The position numbers were made by a program, and so were the translations under genes. Positions 1 to 9,726 of a DNA stretch of 49,683 nucleotides are shown in pieces (the stretch's first letter is position 1; the number at the start of each line of letters is the position of its first letter). The notes beneath the pieces are model-generated. The model worked only from the letters and a program-made list of their open reading frames with translations, was not told the DNA's origin and did not search any database. The DNA is from an uncultured Bacilli bacterium (lineage in GTDB: Bacteria; Bacillota_I; Bacilli_A; RF39; UBA660): positions 1 through 49,683 of the forward strand of contig CALVLG010000001.1 of NCBI GenBank assembly GCA_944336815.1, read 5' to 3'.

Positions 1-192
1 TTAAATTGTATTTTTAATATAGTATAATTTTTTGAATCTAAAAATGTCATTATTTTAGAAAATGGGCTAATAAAGTATTAAATTAAAGAAGATTAGAATA
101 TCTTGAAAAATCTGTTAATTCTTGTGGCTATTACGCTTCTTATTATCATGATTGGTAAGTGTTTAAAAGTATAATAAATTATGTGAGAGTAA

Positions 193-738
193 TTAAAGTT
201 TAAAATCGTTAATGTCTGTATCAGTCATGTCTTTGCCATCAAAGAAGGTTTTTATTTTTAGATGGTGGATTTTAGCTATAATATTGTTGGGGAATTTTCT
301 AATATAATTGTTTGTTTCGGTCACATGTTTATTATAGTAAGAAATATCAGCAATTAATTTTTCGTTAACTTCTTTAAAGTTTTCTAAAACTTCTTTCATG
401 CTGTTATTTTCATTTAGTTCTTTATTATCTTCATATAAGGTAGAGATAATTGTTTCAGCCTCTTTTAATCTTCTTTCTAAATCAAAGTTACTAATATCTG
501 TTTCTTTTAAATTAATAAATTCTTTTAAATAGTCTTTTTTTTCTTTGAAATGTTCTTTAATAATGGTATCTGTTTTGACAACTAAATCATATTTTTCTCT
601 TAAATCGTTATCAATATTATTTTCAGCTTTTTCAATTTTTGTTTTACTATATTGCATGTGATTATAAATATTAATGTAAACGATAGCTAATAATCCGATA
701 ATAATAATTAATAAAAGTATTATTGTATATATTCCCAT
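193..738 (-). CDS. lemA: LemA family membrane protein
   Basis: 181-aa ORF with a single N-terminal TM helix (IYTIILLLIIIIGLLAIVYI). The coiled soluble domain ends in the LemA-like motif ...YYNKHVTETNNYIRKFPNNIIAKI. An extended -10 (TGtTATAAT on the - strand) lies just upstream. Confidence 0.7.
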   Translation of the reverse strand: MGIYTIILLLIIIIGLLAIVYINIYNHMQYSKTKIEKAENNIDNDLREKYDLVVKTDTIIKEHFKEKKDYLKEFINLKETDISNFDLERRLKEAETIISTLYEDNKELNENNSMKEVLENFKEVNEKLIADISYYNKHVTETNNYIRKFPNNIIAKIHHLKIKTFFDGKDMTDTDINDFKL

Positions 739-780
739 ATTCTTACCCTCAATTCTATAAGAATTATAACATTTTTTTAT

Positions 781-808
781 GAAAAAAAGAAACTTTTTGT
801 GTTTCTTT
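781..808 (-). terminator. Rho-independent terminator after gerQ
   Basis: On the - strand the stem AAAGAAAC / GTTTCTTT has a 7-nt loop and is followed by a T-run. It overlaps the gerQ stop codon. Confidence 0.5.
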
Positions 809-1160
809 AGTCAAATGTGTCGGAGTAGTCAGGGTTGTAATTGATTTTTTCATTAAATTCGATATAGTTTACATATAACATTTTTAATAGATACCAATTT
901 CCAGTTGTTGGATCAGAAAGAATTAAATGATCTCTTCCTGATTGTTCAATTATCCCTTCGTATATTTTGTCGCGCCATTCATTGGAATCGGGGTAAGAAG
1001 CATATACTTTTACTTTTTTTCCTTTGTTTAATCTTAAGATGTTTTCAATTAAACTTTGTTCAATGGGTAGGCTTGTTTGAGCACTGATGTTTCCTGGGGG
1101 AGACATTGGGATGTTTGTATTGGTTGGAAACGTGGGGTTGTTGTAAAAACTTCCGTTCAT
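807..1160 (-). CDS. gerQ: Spore coat protein GerQ (YwdL-like)
   Basis: 117-aa ORF. The core IENILRLNKGKKVKVY...EGIIEQSGRDHLILSDPTTGNWYLLKMLYVNYIEF matches my memory of the GerQ conserved block (ENILRLNKGK...GRDH.I.SDP.TG..YLL...Y..F). Confidence 0.75.
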   Translation of the reverse strand: MNGSFYNNPTFPTNTNIPMSPPGNISAQTSLPIEQSLIENILRLNKGKKVKVYASYPDSNEWRDKIYEGIIEQSGRDHLILSDPTTGNWYLLKMLYVNYIEFNEKINYNPDYSDTFD

Positions 1161-1263
1161 TTTTTATTCACCTCTCTTTCATTTTATGAATTGTTCTTTT
1201 GATTTAGAAGTGGACTTTGCTGGTTTCTTTTGCTAAAATGAAAATATAGAAGAAGGGTTAAAT

Positions 1264-2157
1264 ATGGATATACAAAAAATTAAGAATGCGGTTTTGAAAA
1301 AAGATTTTTTTAAACGGTTTGTGGTGATTATTTTTGGCGTTTTTTTACTTGCTCTTACATATAATTTGTTTTTATATCCTTATAATTTAGTTATTGGTGG
1401 CACATCTGGGCTTTCAATTTTAGTAGAACCTTTATTTGGGTGGGATGCACAAATATTTTTGTATGTTTGTTCAGCTCTTTTGGTTGTTATTAGTTTTGTT
1501 TTTTTGGGAGTTAAAAGAACAAGTATTTCTTTAGTTGGAAGTGTGTTGTATCCAGTTTTTATTAGTTTGACGGAACCTTTAGCCCATTTTTTAAGTGATT
1601 ATGTATCAATGAATAATATGGTTTTAGTTGTTTTAGCAGCCGGTTTTATGTATGGGCTTGGTAATGGTTTAGTTTATAAAATGGGGTTTGATACTGGTGG
1701 GTCGGATGTTGTTATTCGAATATTAAATAAATACTTGCATTTACCGGAAGGAAAATGTGCTTTAATTATTCAAAGTATAATTGTTCTTTCGGGAGCCTTT
1801 GTTTTTGGTTTTAATCAAATGGTGTATGCGATTTTTGTCTTGTTTATTTATTCTTCTTTAATGGATAAAATTATCCTTGGTATTTCTAATTCGAAAATGT
1901 TTTTTATTCATACAAAAGAACTTGCTAAAGTGGAAGATTTTGTGTTACATGAATTACATACAGGGGCAACTGTTTTAGATATGGAAGGGGGATATTCTAA
2001 AAAGAAAAGTTCAATTTTAATGTGTGTTGTTCCGAATCGTGATTATTATTTGTTTAAAGAAGCAATATTAGAAATTGATCCCGATGCCTTTTTTGTTATT
2101 AATGATTGTTATGAAGTTCATGGCGGTGTCAAAGCTAAGCGGTTTCCCTTTATTTAG
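1264..2157 (+). CDS. YitT-family membrane protein (DUF2179 C-terminal domain)
   Basis: 297 aa with multiple TM helices (GGTSGLSIL, GFDTGGSDV motifs). The soluble C-terminus (GATVLDMEGGYSKKK...VVPNRDYYLFKEAILEIDPDAFFVI) is typical of YitT/DUF2179. Confidence 0.8.
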   Translation: MDIQKIKNAVLKKDFFKRFVVIIFGVFLLALTYNLFLYPYNLVIGGTSGLSILVEPLFGWDAQIFLYVCSALLVVISFVFLGVKRTSISLVGSVLYPVFISLTEPLAHFLSDYVSMNNMVLVVLAAGFMYGLGNGLVYKMGFDTGGSDVVIRILNKYLHLPEGKCALIIQSIIVLSGAFVFGFNQMVYAIFVLFIYSSLMDKIILGISNSKMFFIHTKELAKVEDFVLHELHTGATVLDMEGGYSKKKSSILMCVVPNRDYYLFKEAILEIDPDAFFVINDCYEVHGGVKAKRFPFI

Positions 2158-2198
2158 GGGCTTTTTTATGCTATAATTTATAATGCGAGGTGTGTGTA

Positions 2199-2909
2199 GT
2201 GAAATTAATTAAAGTAGAACATGCTTATAAAATTTACAAAAATGGGACAACAGCGGTGGCTGATTTAAGCGTTTCAATTGATAAAGGCGAATTTGTCTTT
2301 GTTATTGGTACGACTGGATCTGGTAAAAGTACATTTATTAAAATGCTTTATCGGGAAGAAAAACCAACTAGTGGCAGTGTTATTGTTGGAGGTATTGATG
2401 TAGCAAAACTAAGAAATTCTAAAGTGTATAAATTACGGAGGAAGCTTGGGGTAGTGTTTCAAGATTTTAAATTATTACCTAAATTAAATGTTTATGAAAA
2501 TGTGGCCTTTGCTTTAGAAACTTTAGGGTTACCTAATGATGAAATACGACCAAAAGTTTTAAGAGCTATTGAAGCTGTTGGGTTAAAAGAGAAGACAAGA
2601 AATTTGCCTAGTGAATTATCTGGTGGGGAACAACAACGGGTAGCTATTGCGAGAGCTATTGTTAATGAACCGAAACTTTTGATTTGTGATGAACCGACTG
2701 GTAATCTAGATCCTGAAACTTCTAAGGGAATCATGAAAATTTTGGATAAAATTAATCAAGAACTTGGGACAACGATAATTATGGCAACACATGATAAAGA
2801 ATTGGTTAATAAAATGAAAAAAAGAGTTTTGGTTATCGAAAACGGCGTTTTAGCTAGTGATACAAAGAAAGGAAGTTATAAGGTACATGAGAGCATTAAG
2901 AATTCTTAG
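2199..2909 (+). CDS. ftsE: Cell-division ABC transporter ATP-binding protein FtsE
   Basis: Walker [13 protein letters not shown] signature [14 protein letters not shown] and Walker [10 protein letters not shown]. The GTG at 2199 lies 8 nt after GAGG and is preferred over the track's GTG at 2190. Confidence 0.9.
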   Translation: MKLIKVEHAYKIYKNGTTAVADLSVSIDKGEFVFVIGTTGSGKSTFIKMLYREEKPTSGSVIVGGIDVAKLRNSKVYKLRRKLGVVFQDFKLLPKLNVYENVAFALETLGLPNDEIRPKVLRAIEAVGLKEKTRNLPSELSGGEQQRVAIARAIVNEPKLLICDEPTGNLDPETSKGIMKILDKINQELGTTIIMATHDKELVNKMKKRVLVIENGVLASDTKKGSYKVHESIKNS

Positions 2910-3780
2910 AAGAAGTATTCGTGATTCTTTTAAAAGTGTTTTTCGTAATTTTTCTTTATCTATGGCTTCGATTGCTTGTACAACTATAACGCTTATTTTG
3001 GTGGCTATTTCTTTAGTTTTAACATATAATGTAAGACAAGTTACAACTGATTTGGAACATGAATTAACGATTGTTGTTTATTTAAACAAAGATGTTACGG
3101 AAGAACAAAAGGTTCGCATTTCTAATGATTTAGAAACAATGGAAAATGTAGATAGTTATGTGTTAAAAAGTAAAGATGAATGGAAAGCCGAGATGAAAGA
3201 AGAAGATGAAAGTTTAGAAAACGCTTTGGACATTTTTGAAGAAAACCCTTTATTAGATTCAATCATTGTTACGGTTGATGATGTGAAAAATTTAGGGGTT
3301 ACGGCCGAGAAACTACGTGCATATGATTTCGTTAGTAGTGCTGAATATGGCGAAGGAATGGTTGAAAATGTTATTGGTATTTTTGACGCGATAAGTGTTG
3401 GCACAATCGGAATTGTCGTGGCTTTAGTCTTAGTTACTGCTTTTTTAATTAGTAATACAATTAAATTAACGATTTTTTCAAGACGTACAGAAATTGAAAT
3501 TATGCGGTTAGTTGGGGCTTCTAATACGGCAATTAAATTACCATTTGTTTTTGAAGGTTTTATTTTAGGTATTTTTGGTAGTATTATACCGATTATTTTA
3601 ACAATTTATGGTTATGTTTTCTTATTTAATCAAACGGGAGGTTATGTTTTCACTCAGATTATTACTTTAGTTGAACCATTCCCATTTGTACTTATTGTTT
3701 CGTTATTCTTAGTTGTCGTTGGTTCTTTAGTTGGTATGCTAGGTTCATGGCGAGCAGTTAAGAAATATTTGAAAATATAG
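2887..3780 (+). CDS. ftsX: Cell-division permease FtsX
   Basis: Lies downstream of ftsE and overlaps it. It has an N-terminal TM helix, a periplasmic-type loop and three C-terminal TM helices (FtsX fold). The ATG at 2887 ([15 protein letters not shown]) is a more plausible start than 2857. Confidence 0.88.
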   Translation: MRALRILRRSIRDSFKSVFRNFSLSMASIACTTITLILVAISLVLTYNVRQVTTDLEHELTIVVYLNKDVTEEQKVRISNDLETMENVDSYVLKSKDEWKAEMKEEDESLENALDIFEENPLLDSIIVTVDDVKNLGVTAEKLRAYDFVSSAEYGEGMVENVIGIFDAISVGTIGIVVALVLVTAFLISNTIKLTIFSRRTEIEIMRLVGASNTAIKLPFVFEGFILGIFGSIIPIILTIYGYVFLFNQTGGYVFTQIITLVEPFPFVLIVSLFLVVVGSLVGMLGSWRAVKKYLKI

Positions 3781-3789
3781 GAGGGTATT

Positions 3790-4992
3790 GTGTATAAGAA
3801 AATTATTGGTTTATCTTTAGCTATTTTAACTTTCTTTAGTTTTTTTACCCCTGTTTATGCGGCTGAGGAAACGTTGGGCGACTTAAGAAGCACATATAAT
3901 GAGTTATTAAAACAGAAACAAGAAAATGATAATTTGAGTGCAGAAGCGAAGGCTGAAATCGCGCGTAAAGAGGCGGCGATTATTCAAGCAGAAGCTGACA
4001 TTCATAAAGCTGAAGAAGATATGCAACAAGCTGAAGAAGACATTAAAATTTCTAATGAACGGATTGAAGTTTTAAAGAAAAATGCCAGTGAAGTTCTTTT
4101 GTATTTACAACAGATGCAAGGTACTAATGCTTATGTAGAATATGTTTCTGGCGCTTCTAGTATGACAGATATGATTATGCGAATCGCAGCGATTGAGCAA
4201 TTGTCTGATCAAATACATGGGACGATTAATGATTTAGAGGCTGAGATTAAAAGAAATGAAGAATTGAAAGTTGAATTGGCTGAGAAAAAGAAAACGTTAG
4301 AAGCTCAAGCAGTTGAATATCAAAGAATTATTAATGAAAACTATGATAAATTAGAAGAGTATGATAAATATGCGCTTGATATTGATAATCAAGTTAAGGT
4401 TGCTAAACAAAGATTAGAGACTTATGAGAAAAAATGTCAAGAAACAGTTGGTAGTACCGCTGATAGTGTGGTATTAACAAGTTGCTCTAGTGTCCCTTTA
4501 AATTCTGGATGGTTAAAACCTTTAAATTATGGCATTATTACAAGTACGATTGGTGTTCGTTGGGGAGAGTATCACAATGCTTTAGATATTGGTGGAGCTA
4601 GTCCGTTTGAAGGAACACCTATTTATGCGGCAGCAGCCGGGGTCGTATCTGGTATGGTTCATAAATATAAATGTGGGGGAAACATGCTTTATATTGATGT
4701 TTTTGTTGATGGTAAGGCTTATACAACATATTATTATCACTTATTAGATTTTAATGTGAATTTAGGTGATGTTGTAACACAAGATACAGTGATTGGTTGG
4801 GTTGGTGGTTACTCAACAAGTAAAAATCATGGCGGATATGATGGTTGTACGACAGGTGCTCACTTACATTTTGGGGTGGCAAATGGATATTACAATCCTC
4901 AAGTTGGTATTAAAAGAGCTAATGTTATAACGCCACCAGGTTTTCCAAATAGTTCTGGTTGGGCCTTTTATTCTAGAACGCAAATGTATTAA
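3790..4992 (+). CDS. Secreted coiled-coil M23 (LytM-type) peptidoglycan endopeptidase, EnvC/PcsB-like FtsEX partner
   Basis: GTG start after AGGAGGG and a signal peptide ending VYA/AEE. About 200 aa of coiled coil are followed by an M23 domain with an intact HxxxD (YHNALD) and HxH (GAHLHFG). Confidence 0.85.
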   Translation: MYKKIIGLSLAILTFFSFFTPVYAAEETLGDLRSTYNELLKQKQENDNLSAEAKAEIARKEAAIIQAEADIHKAEEDMQQAEEDIKISNERIEVLKKNASEVLLYLQQMQGTNAYVEYVSGASSMTDMIMRIAAIEQLSDQIHGTINDLEAEIKRNEELKVELAEKKKTLEAQAVEYQRIINENYDKLEEYDKYALDIDNQVKVAKQRLETYEKKCQETVGSTADSVVLTSCSSVPLNSGWLKPLNYGIITSTIGVRWGEYHNALDIGGASPFEGTPIYAAAAGVVSGMVHKYKCGGNMLYIDVFVDGKAYTTYYYHLLDFNVNLGDVVTQDTVIGWVGGYSTSKNHGGYDGCTTGAHLHFGVANGYYNPQVGIKRANVITPPGFPNSSGWAFYSRTQMY

Positions 4993-5044
4993 GAGGATAG
5001 ATTTTTCTATTCTTTTTTTGTATAATAGTCTCGGTGATTTTACT

Positions 5045-5980
5045 ATGACTTTTTCTTTAAAAGTGAAAGAAGAAATATGTAATCGCGAGATTGATCGTGT
5101 TGCAGTTTTTTCGCGATTAGAAGCGATTGTTCGGTATGATGCGGTTATAAAAGAAAAAGGTTTTTCTTTTACATTTGAAAGTCCGCAGATAGCGAGAAGG
5201 GTGTATAAAGATTTTAAAATGGCTTTTAATATCACGCCCCATGTAACTGTGCGAAATCAAAAAAGATTTCGGAGTAAACAAGTATATATTTTGGATATTA
5301 AAGAAAATGCTAAACTTGTTTTAGAAAGATTAAATATTATTAAAAATAATCAGTTTTTGGAAATGAACCGGAATAATTTAAGTGACCCAGAAGAAATGGT
5401 TTCGTTTGTGGAAGGGGCATTTTTAGTAACGGGATCTTTAAATGATCCTAGTACTAGTGGGTATCATTTAGAGTTTGTTTTTCAAAAAGAAAAAGATGCT
5501 AATTTTTTTAATCAGTTACTTCATGAAATGAAGTTTGATACAAAAGTTTTAAAAAGAAGCGAAAAATATATGGTTTATTTAAAAAGCGCTGAAGAAATTA
5601 GTGATATGATTAGAATGTTTCAAGCCGCTAATTCTTTGTTTTATTTTGAGGATATAAGAATATATCGTGATCATAAAAATATGGTCAATCGTTTAAATAA
5701 TTGTGAAATAGCTAATCAAGAAAAAAGTATGACAACGGGCTTGAAACAAGTGGAAGATATTATGTTTTTACAAGAACATGATCTAGTTTCTTTGTTAGAT
5801 GAAAAAACGAAACTCGTTATGGAGTATCGTTTAAAATATCCGGAAAGTTCTTATCAAGAATTAGCCCTTATTCTTAAAATGGAAACAGGTTATACTATTG
5901 GTAAGTCTGGTATTAATCATCACTTTATTAAAATGAAAAAAATAAAAAAACAATATGAGTTAAATAATTTGGTCGATTAG
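5045..5980 (+). CDS. whiA: Sporulation/cell-division regulator WhiA
   Basis: The N-terminus [10 protein letters not shown] and the LAGLIDADG-like middle ([18 protein letters not shown]) are WhiA-like. The C-terminal HTH is [32 protein letters not shown] at 5045 is chosen as the start. Confidence 0.9.
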   Translation: MTFSLKVKEEICNREIDRVAVFSRLEAIVRYDAVIKEKGFSFTFESPQIARRVYKDFKMAFNITPHVTVRNQKRFRSKQVYILDIKENAKLVLERLNIIKNNQFLEMNRNNLSDPEEMVSFVEGAFLVTGSLNDPSTSGYHLEFVFQKEKDANFFNQLLHEMKFDTKVLKRSEKYMVYLKSAEEISDMIRMFQAANSLFYFEDIRIYRDHKNMVNRLNNCEIANQEKSMTTGLKQVEDIMFLQEHDLVSLLDEKTKLVMEYRLKYPESSYQELALILKMETGYTIGKSGINHHFIKMKKIKKQYELNNLVD

Positions 5981-6529
5981 ACCATAGTTTTTAGCTTCGT
6001 CACTGTTTAGATAGTAATCACGATCGGTATCTTTCGTGATTTTTTTTAAGGGTTGATTAGTATTAGCGGCTAATATATGATTTAATTTAGCTTTGATTTT
6101 TATTATTCGATCACAGGCTATTTTCATATCGCTAGCTTGGCCTTTTATGCCTCCAAGTGGTTGATGGATCATAATATCAGCATTTTTAAGGGCACATCTT
6201 TTGCCTTTAGTGCCAGAAGATAAAAGAAAGGCTGCCATGGAAGCGGCAAGACCGACACAGATTGTTTTGACATCACTTTTAATATAATTCATTGTATCAT
6301 ATATGGCCATGCCACTTGTTACAGAGCCGCCAGGACTATTAATATACATATAAACATCGTCATGATTTTTAGCATCTAAATAAAGAAGTTCACTAATAAT
6401 TAAATTGGCCGTTTGGTCATTTATTTCACCACTTAAAAAAATAATCCGATCTTCTAATAATCTTGAATATAAATCATAAGCGACTTCACGATTGCTTTCT
6501 TTTTCTAAAACTGTTGGAATAATGTTCAT
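5960..6529 (-). CDS. clpP: ATP-dependent Clp protease proteolytic subunit ClpP
   Basis: The sequence [32 protein letters not shown]...[11 protein letters not shown]...MIHQPLGG carries the catalytic Ser/His context typical of ClpP. The start is at the internal ATG after AGGTGAG. Confidence 0.95.
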   Translation of the reverse strand: MNIIPTVLEKESNREVAYDLYSRLLEDRIIFLSGEINDQTANLIISELLYLDAKNHDDVYMYINSPGGSVTSGMAIYDTMNYIKSDVKTICVGLAASMAAFLLSSGTKGKRCALKNADIMIHQPLGGIKGQASDMKIACDRIIKIKAKLNHILAANTNQPLKKITKDTDRDYYLNSDEAKNYGLIDQII

Positions 6530-6631
6530 TTTCTCACCTATTATTATCATAGGATATTATAGGAAAAACTATTCAAAAAAAATAGTTTTTATGGTAAAAT
6601 GTTTTAAGAATAGAAAAGGCTAGGAGATATT

Positions 6632-8260
6632 ATGCAGGAAATACTTGTGACTTATGAAAATACAGAATATAAAGTAGCTAAAGGGTCTTTGTTTATTGAT
6701 TTAGCCAAAAAAATTGGGTTAAAAAACACTTTAGCAGCCAAAGTAGGAAATGAAGTTTTTTCTTTGGATAGTAAAATTCTTGGTAATTGTACGGTTTCTT
6801 TTTTGGATGTGACAACTCTTCCTGGATATAAAATCTATCAAGGAGCTTTGAAGTTTTTGTTTTTTGTAGCGGTGAAAGAATTGTATGAGGATGCTGAAGT
6901 TTTGTTTTTGCACAGTGTTCCGAAAGGAATTTTAAGTGAAATTCATGTTACTAAAAATTTAACTGGTGAAGATATTTCGAAAATTAAAGGGAAGATGGCC
7001 GAGATTGTTGAACGAAAAGAACGAATTTATCGTTACCATTTAGATAATCAAGATGCTTTTCACTATTTTATGAATCATGATGAAGACGAAAAAGCTTATA
7101 ATATTCAAAATACGCCTAAAGAAGTTGTTACGATGTATCGTTTATGTAATCATTTGAATTATTTTTATACAATGATGCCTTATGATACGGGCGTGATTAA
7201 TCGTTTTGAGCTAGTTTTTATTGGGCGTAATCGTATTGTGCTTGTTTGTCCTAATGTTACTAGTGGAAATAATATTCCGGAGTACGTGCATTATGAAAAT
7301 ATCGTGGCTAATTTTATGGCTACCAAAAAATGGCTTCGTAAAATGCAAACTCCTTATTTATCACAGATGAATTATTTAGTAAGTACGTCGAAAATACAAG
7401 ATTTTATTTCTTCAAATGAAATATTATATGAGGCTGATTTATTAGCGGCTTGTGATAAGATTATTTCCCTTCGGGATGTTAAATTAGTTTTAATTGCGGG
7501 TCCTTCTTCAAGTGGTAAGACGACAACGATGAAAAGATTAAGTGCTATTTTACGGAGTCGCGGGTTTGATCCGATAGGCTTATCAACTGATGATTTTTTT
7601 GTGAATCGTAAAGAAACACCTAAAAATGAAAATGGTGATTATGATTATGAGTGTTTGCAAGCGATTGATTTGGAATTATTTAATGGAACTTTACAGAAAT
7701 TAATGAATGGTGAAGAAGTTGAACTTCCTGAATATGATTTTGTTAATGGGGAAAAGATTTTTAAAGGCAAAAAAGTTAAATTAAAAGATAATAGTTTATT
7801 ACTTGTAGAAGGTCTTCATTGTTTAAATGATGATTTAATTCCTTATATTGAAGCAAAGTATAAATTTAAGATTTATTTAAGTCCGTTTATTCCGTTAAAT
7901 ATTGATCGCCATAATTATATTTCGACGTTAGATTTACGATTAATAAGACGGATTGTAAGAGATAACCGCACAAGAGGCAAAAGTGTTAGTCAAACAATTG
8001 CGGAATGGCAGATTGTTCGTAGTGGTGAAGAAAAATATATTTTCCCTTATGTTTATCAAGCGGACATGATAATTAATACCGCTTTAGCTTATGAAATTGG
8101 TGTGTTAAAAGTTTATGCTGATCCATTACTATTTTCTGTTGGTGTTGATAGCATTTATTATAGTGAATCAAGAAGACTTATTGATTATTTACAAGTGTTT
8201 TTTACTATTCCGTCAGAATATGTTCCTAAAGATTCGGTTTTAAGAGAGTTTATTGGATAG
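6632..8260 (+). CDS. TGS-domain / uridine-kinase-like (PRK family) nucleoside kinase
   Basis: 542 aa. A P-loop (IAGPSSSGKTTT) lies in the C-terminal half, which has phosphoribulokinase/uridine-kinase-like motifs (LLLVEGLHCLND, RRIVRDNRTRG). The N-terminus is TGS-like. Confidence 0.65.
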   Translation: MQEILVTYENTEYKVAKGSLFIDLAKKIGLKNTLAAKVGNEVFSLDSKILGNCTVSFLDVTTLPGYKIYQGALKFLFFVAVKELYEDAEVLFLHSVPKGILSEIHVTKNLTGEDISKIKGKMAEIVERKERIYRYHLDNQDAFHYFMNHDEDEKAYNIQNTPKEVVTMYRLCNHLNYFYTMMPYDTGVINRFELVFIGRNRIVLVCPNVTSGNNIPEYVHYENIVANFMATKKWLRKMQTPYLSQMNYLVSTSKIQDFISSNEILYEADLLAACDKIISLRDVKLVLIAGPSSSGKTTTMKRLSAILRSRGFDPIGLSTDDFFVNRKETPKNENGDYDYECLQAIDLELFNGTLQKLMNGEEVELPEYDFVNGEKIFKGKKVKLKDNSLLLVEGLHCLNDDLIPYIEAKYKFKIYLSPFIPLNIDRHNYISTLDLRLIRRIVRDNRTRGKSVSQTIAEWQIVRSGEEKYIFPYVYQADMIINTALAYEIGVLKVYADPLLFSVGVDSIYYSESRRLIDYLQVFFTIPSEYVPKDSVLREFIG

Positions 8261-8275
8261 AAAGAAGGTTTTAAA

Positions 8276-9283
8276 ATGATAAGAGTTGCAATTAATGGTT
8301 TTGGAAGAATTGGAAGACTGGCTTTTCGGCAAATAATTACAAGTACTGATTTTGATATTGTCGCGATTAATGATTTATCAAAAGCGGAAGATTTAGCTTA
8401 TTTACTTAAATATGATACTAGTCATCGTAAGTTTCATCCGGAAGCTATTTCCAGTGTGGATAATTATTTAGTTATTAACAATGTTAAAAAAATTCCGGTT
8501 TATGCTCAAATGGAAGCCGAGAAGTTACCTTGGAAAGAATTAGATGTTGATTTGGTTTTAGAATGTAGTGGACATTATACAAAGTTAGAGATGGCTTTAA
8601 AACATATTGAGGCTGGCGCTAAAAAAGTGTTGATTTCAGCTCCTGGTAAGGGCGAGATGAAAACGATTGTTTATGGAGTTAATGATAATCTTTTAGATGG
8701 AACAGAAAAAGTTGTTTCAGCGGCTTCTTGTACAACTAATTGTTTAGCTCCAGTTTTAGATGTTTTAGATAAAGAATTTGGCGTTGTTAAAGGTTTTATG
8801 AGTACAATTCATGCCTATACTAATGATCAAGCTACACTTGATATTGCTCATAAAAAAGGGTATGAATCACGAAGAGGAAGAGCAAGCGCTATGAATATAA
8901 TTCCTGCTAGTACTGGGGCTGCAAGTGCCATTGGAAAGGTTTTGCCTAATTTGAATGGGTTATTAGAAGGTGTTGCTTATCGGGTGCCAGTTAGTGATGG
9001 TTCAATGATTGATTTAGCTTTAGAATTGAAAACTAAAGTTACGGCTGAGCAAATTAATGAGACATTTAAAAAATATGCTAATGAAACGTTAAAAGTAACA
9101 AACGATCCAATTGTTTCTAGTGATGTTTTAGGTGAAAAGTGTGGTTCTTTAGTTGATATGCGTTTAACAAGCGTTTTAGATACGGCAAATGGTCAATTAG
9201 TGAAAGTGGTGGCTTGGTATGATAATGAATATGGTTATACAGCCCAAATGCTTCGGACGGCTAAGAAAATGTTTTTGCAATAA
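8276..9283 (+). CDS. gap: Glyceraldehyde-3-phosphate dehydrogenase
   Basis: INGFGRIGRLAFR Rossmann motif, catalytic SCTTNCLAP, and WYDNEYGY at the C-terminus. Confidence 0.95.
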   Translation: MIRVAINGFGRIGRLAFRQIITSTDFDIVAINDLSKAEDLAYLLKYDTSHRKFHPEAISSVDNYLVINNVKKIPVYAQMEAEKLPWKELDVDLVLECSGHYTKLEMALKHIEAGAKKVLISAPGKGEMKTIVYGVNDNLLDGTEKVVSAASCTTNCLAPVLDVLDKEFGVVKGFMSTIHAYTNDQATLDIAHKKGYESRRGRASAMNIIPASTGAASAIGKVLPNLNGLLEGVAYRVPVSDGSMIDLALELKTKVTAEQINETFKKYANETLKVTNDPIVSSDVLGEKCGSLVDMRLTSVLDTANGQLVKVVAWYDNEYGYTAQMLRTAKKMFLQ

Positions 9284-9293
9284 TTGAGGGAAT

Positions 9294-9674
9294 ATGAAAA
9301 AATTAAAAGTTAATATTACTTGTGGAGTAATTGATATTATAACTACTTTTCTTTATTTTTTTTCATTGTTTTTAGTTGGTAATTTTACGGGTGCAATTGG
9401 TACAAGTGATGGAACGGAAGCTTTACAACAATTTTTGCTTATTGTCGCGATTGTTTGTATTGTTATTCATTTTGTTTCGTTTTTTCAATCGCATAATTTT
9501 AAAATGCGTTTACTGGGACCAATTTTTGGCTTGCTTGGCCATGTGATTTATTTGATTTTTGGTGTTTATTTAGCTTGGTTATCAATAATATTTACTTTAC
9601 TTGGGGCAATCTTTTTATTTAAAGATAATCATTATACCGACGAGGTTATTTTACCAAAAGAAATGAGCAAATAA
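9294..9674 (+). CDS. Small multi-pass membrane protein, unknown function
   Basis: 126 aa with about 4 predicted TM helices. It is tightly packed between gap and pgk. I recognise no family. Confidence 0.45.
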   Translation: MKKLKVNITCGVIDIITTFLYFFSLFLVGNFTGAIGTSDGTEALQQFLLIVAIVCIVIHFVSFFQSHNFKMRLLGPIFGLLGHVIYLIFGVYLAWLSIIFTLLGAIFLFKDNHYTDEVILPKEMSK

Positions 9675-9726
9675 TTGCTTATTTCTTTTTTTTTCTGTAT
9701 AATATTTTTGGATAGAAGGGGATACA

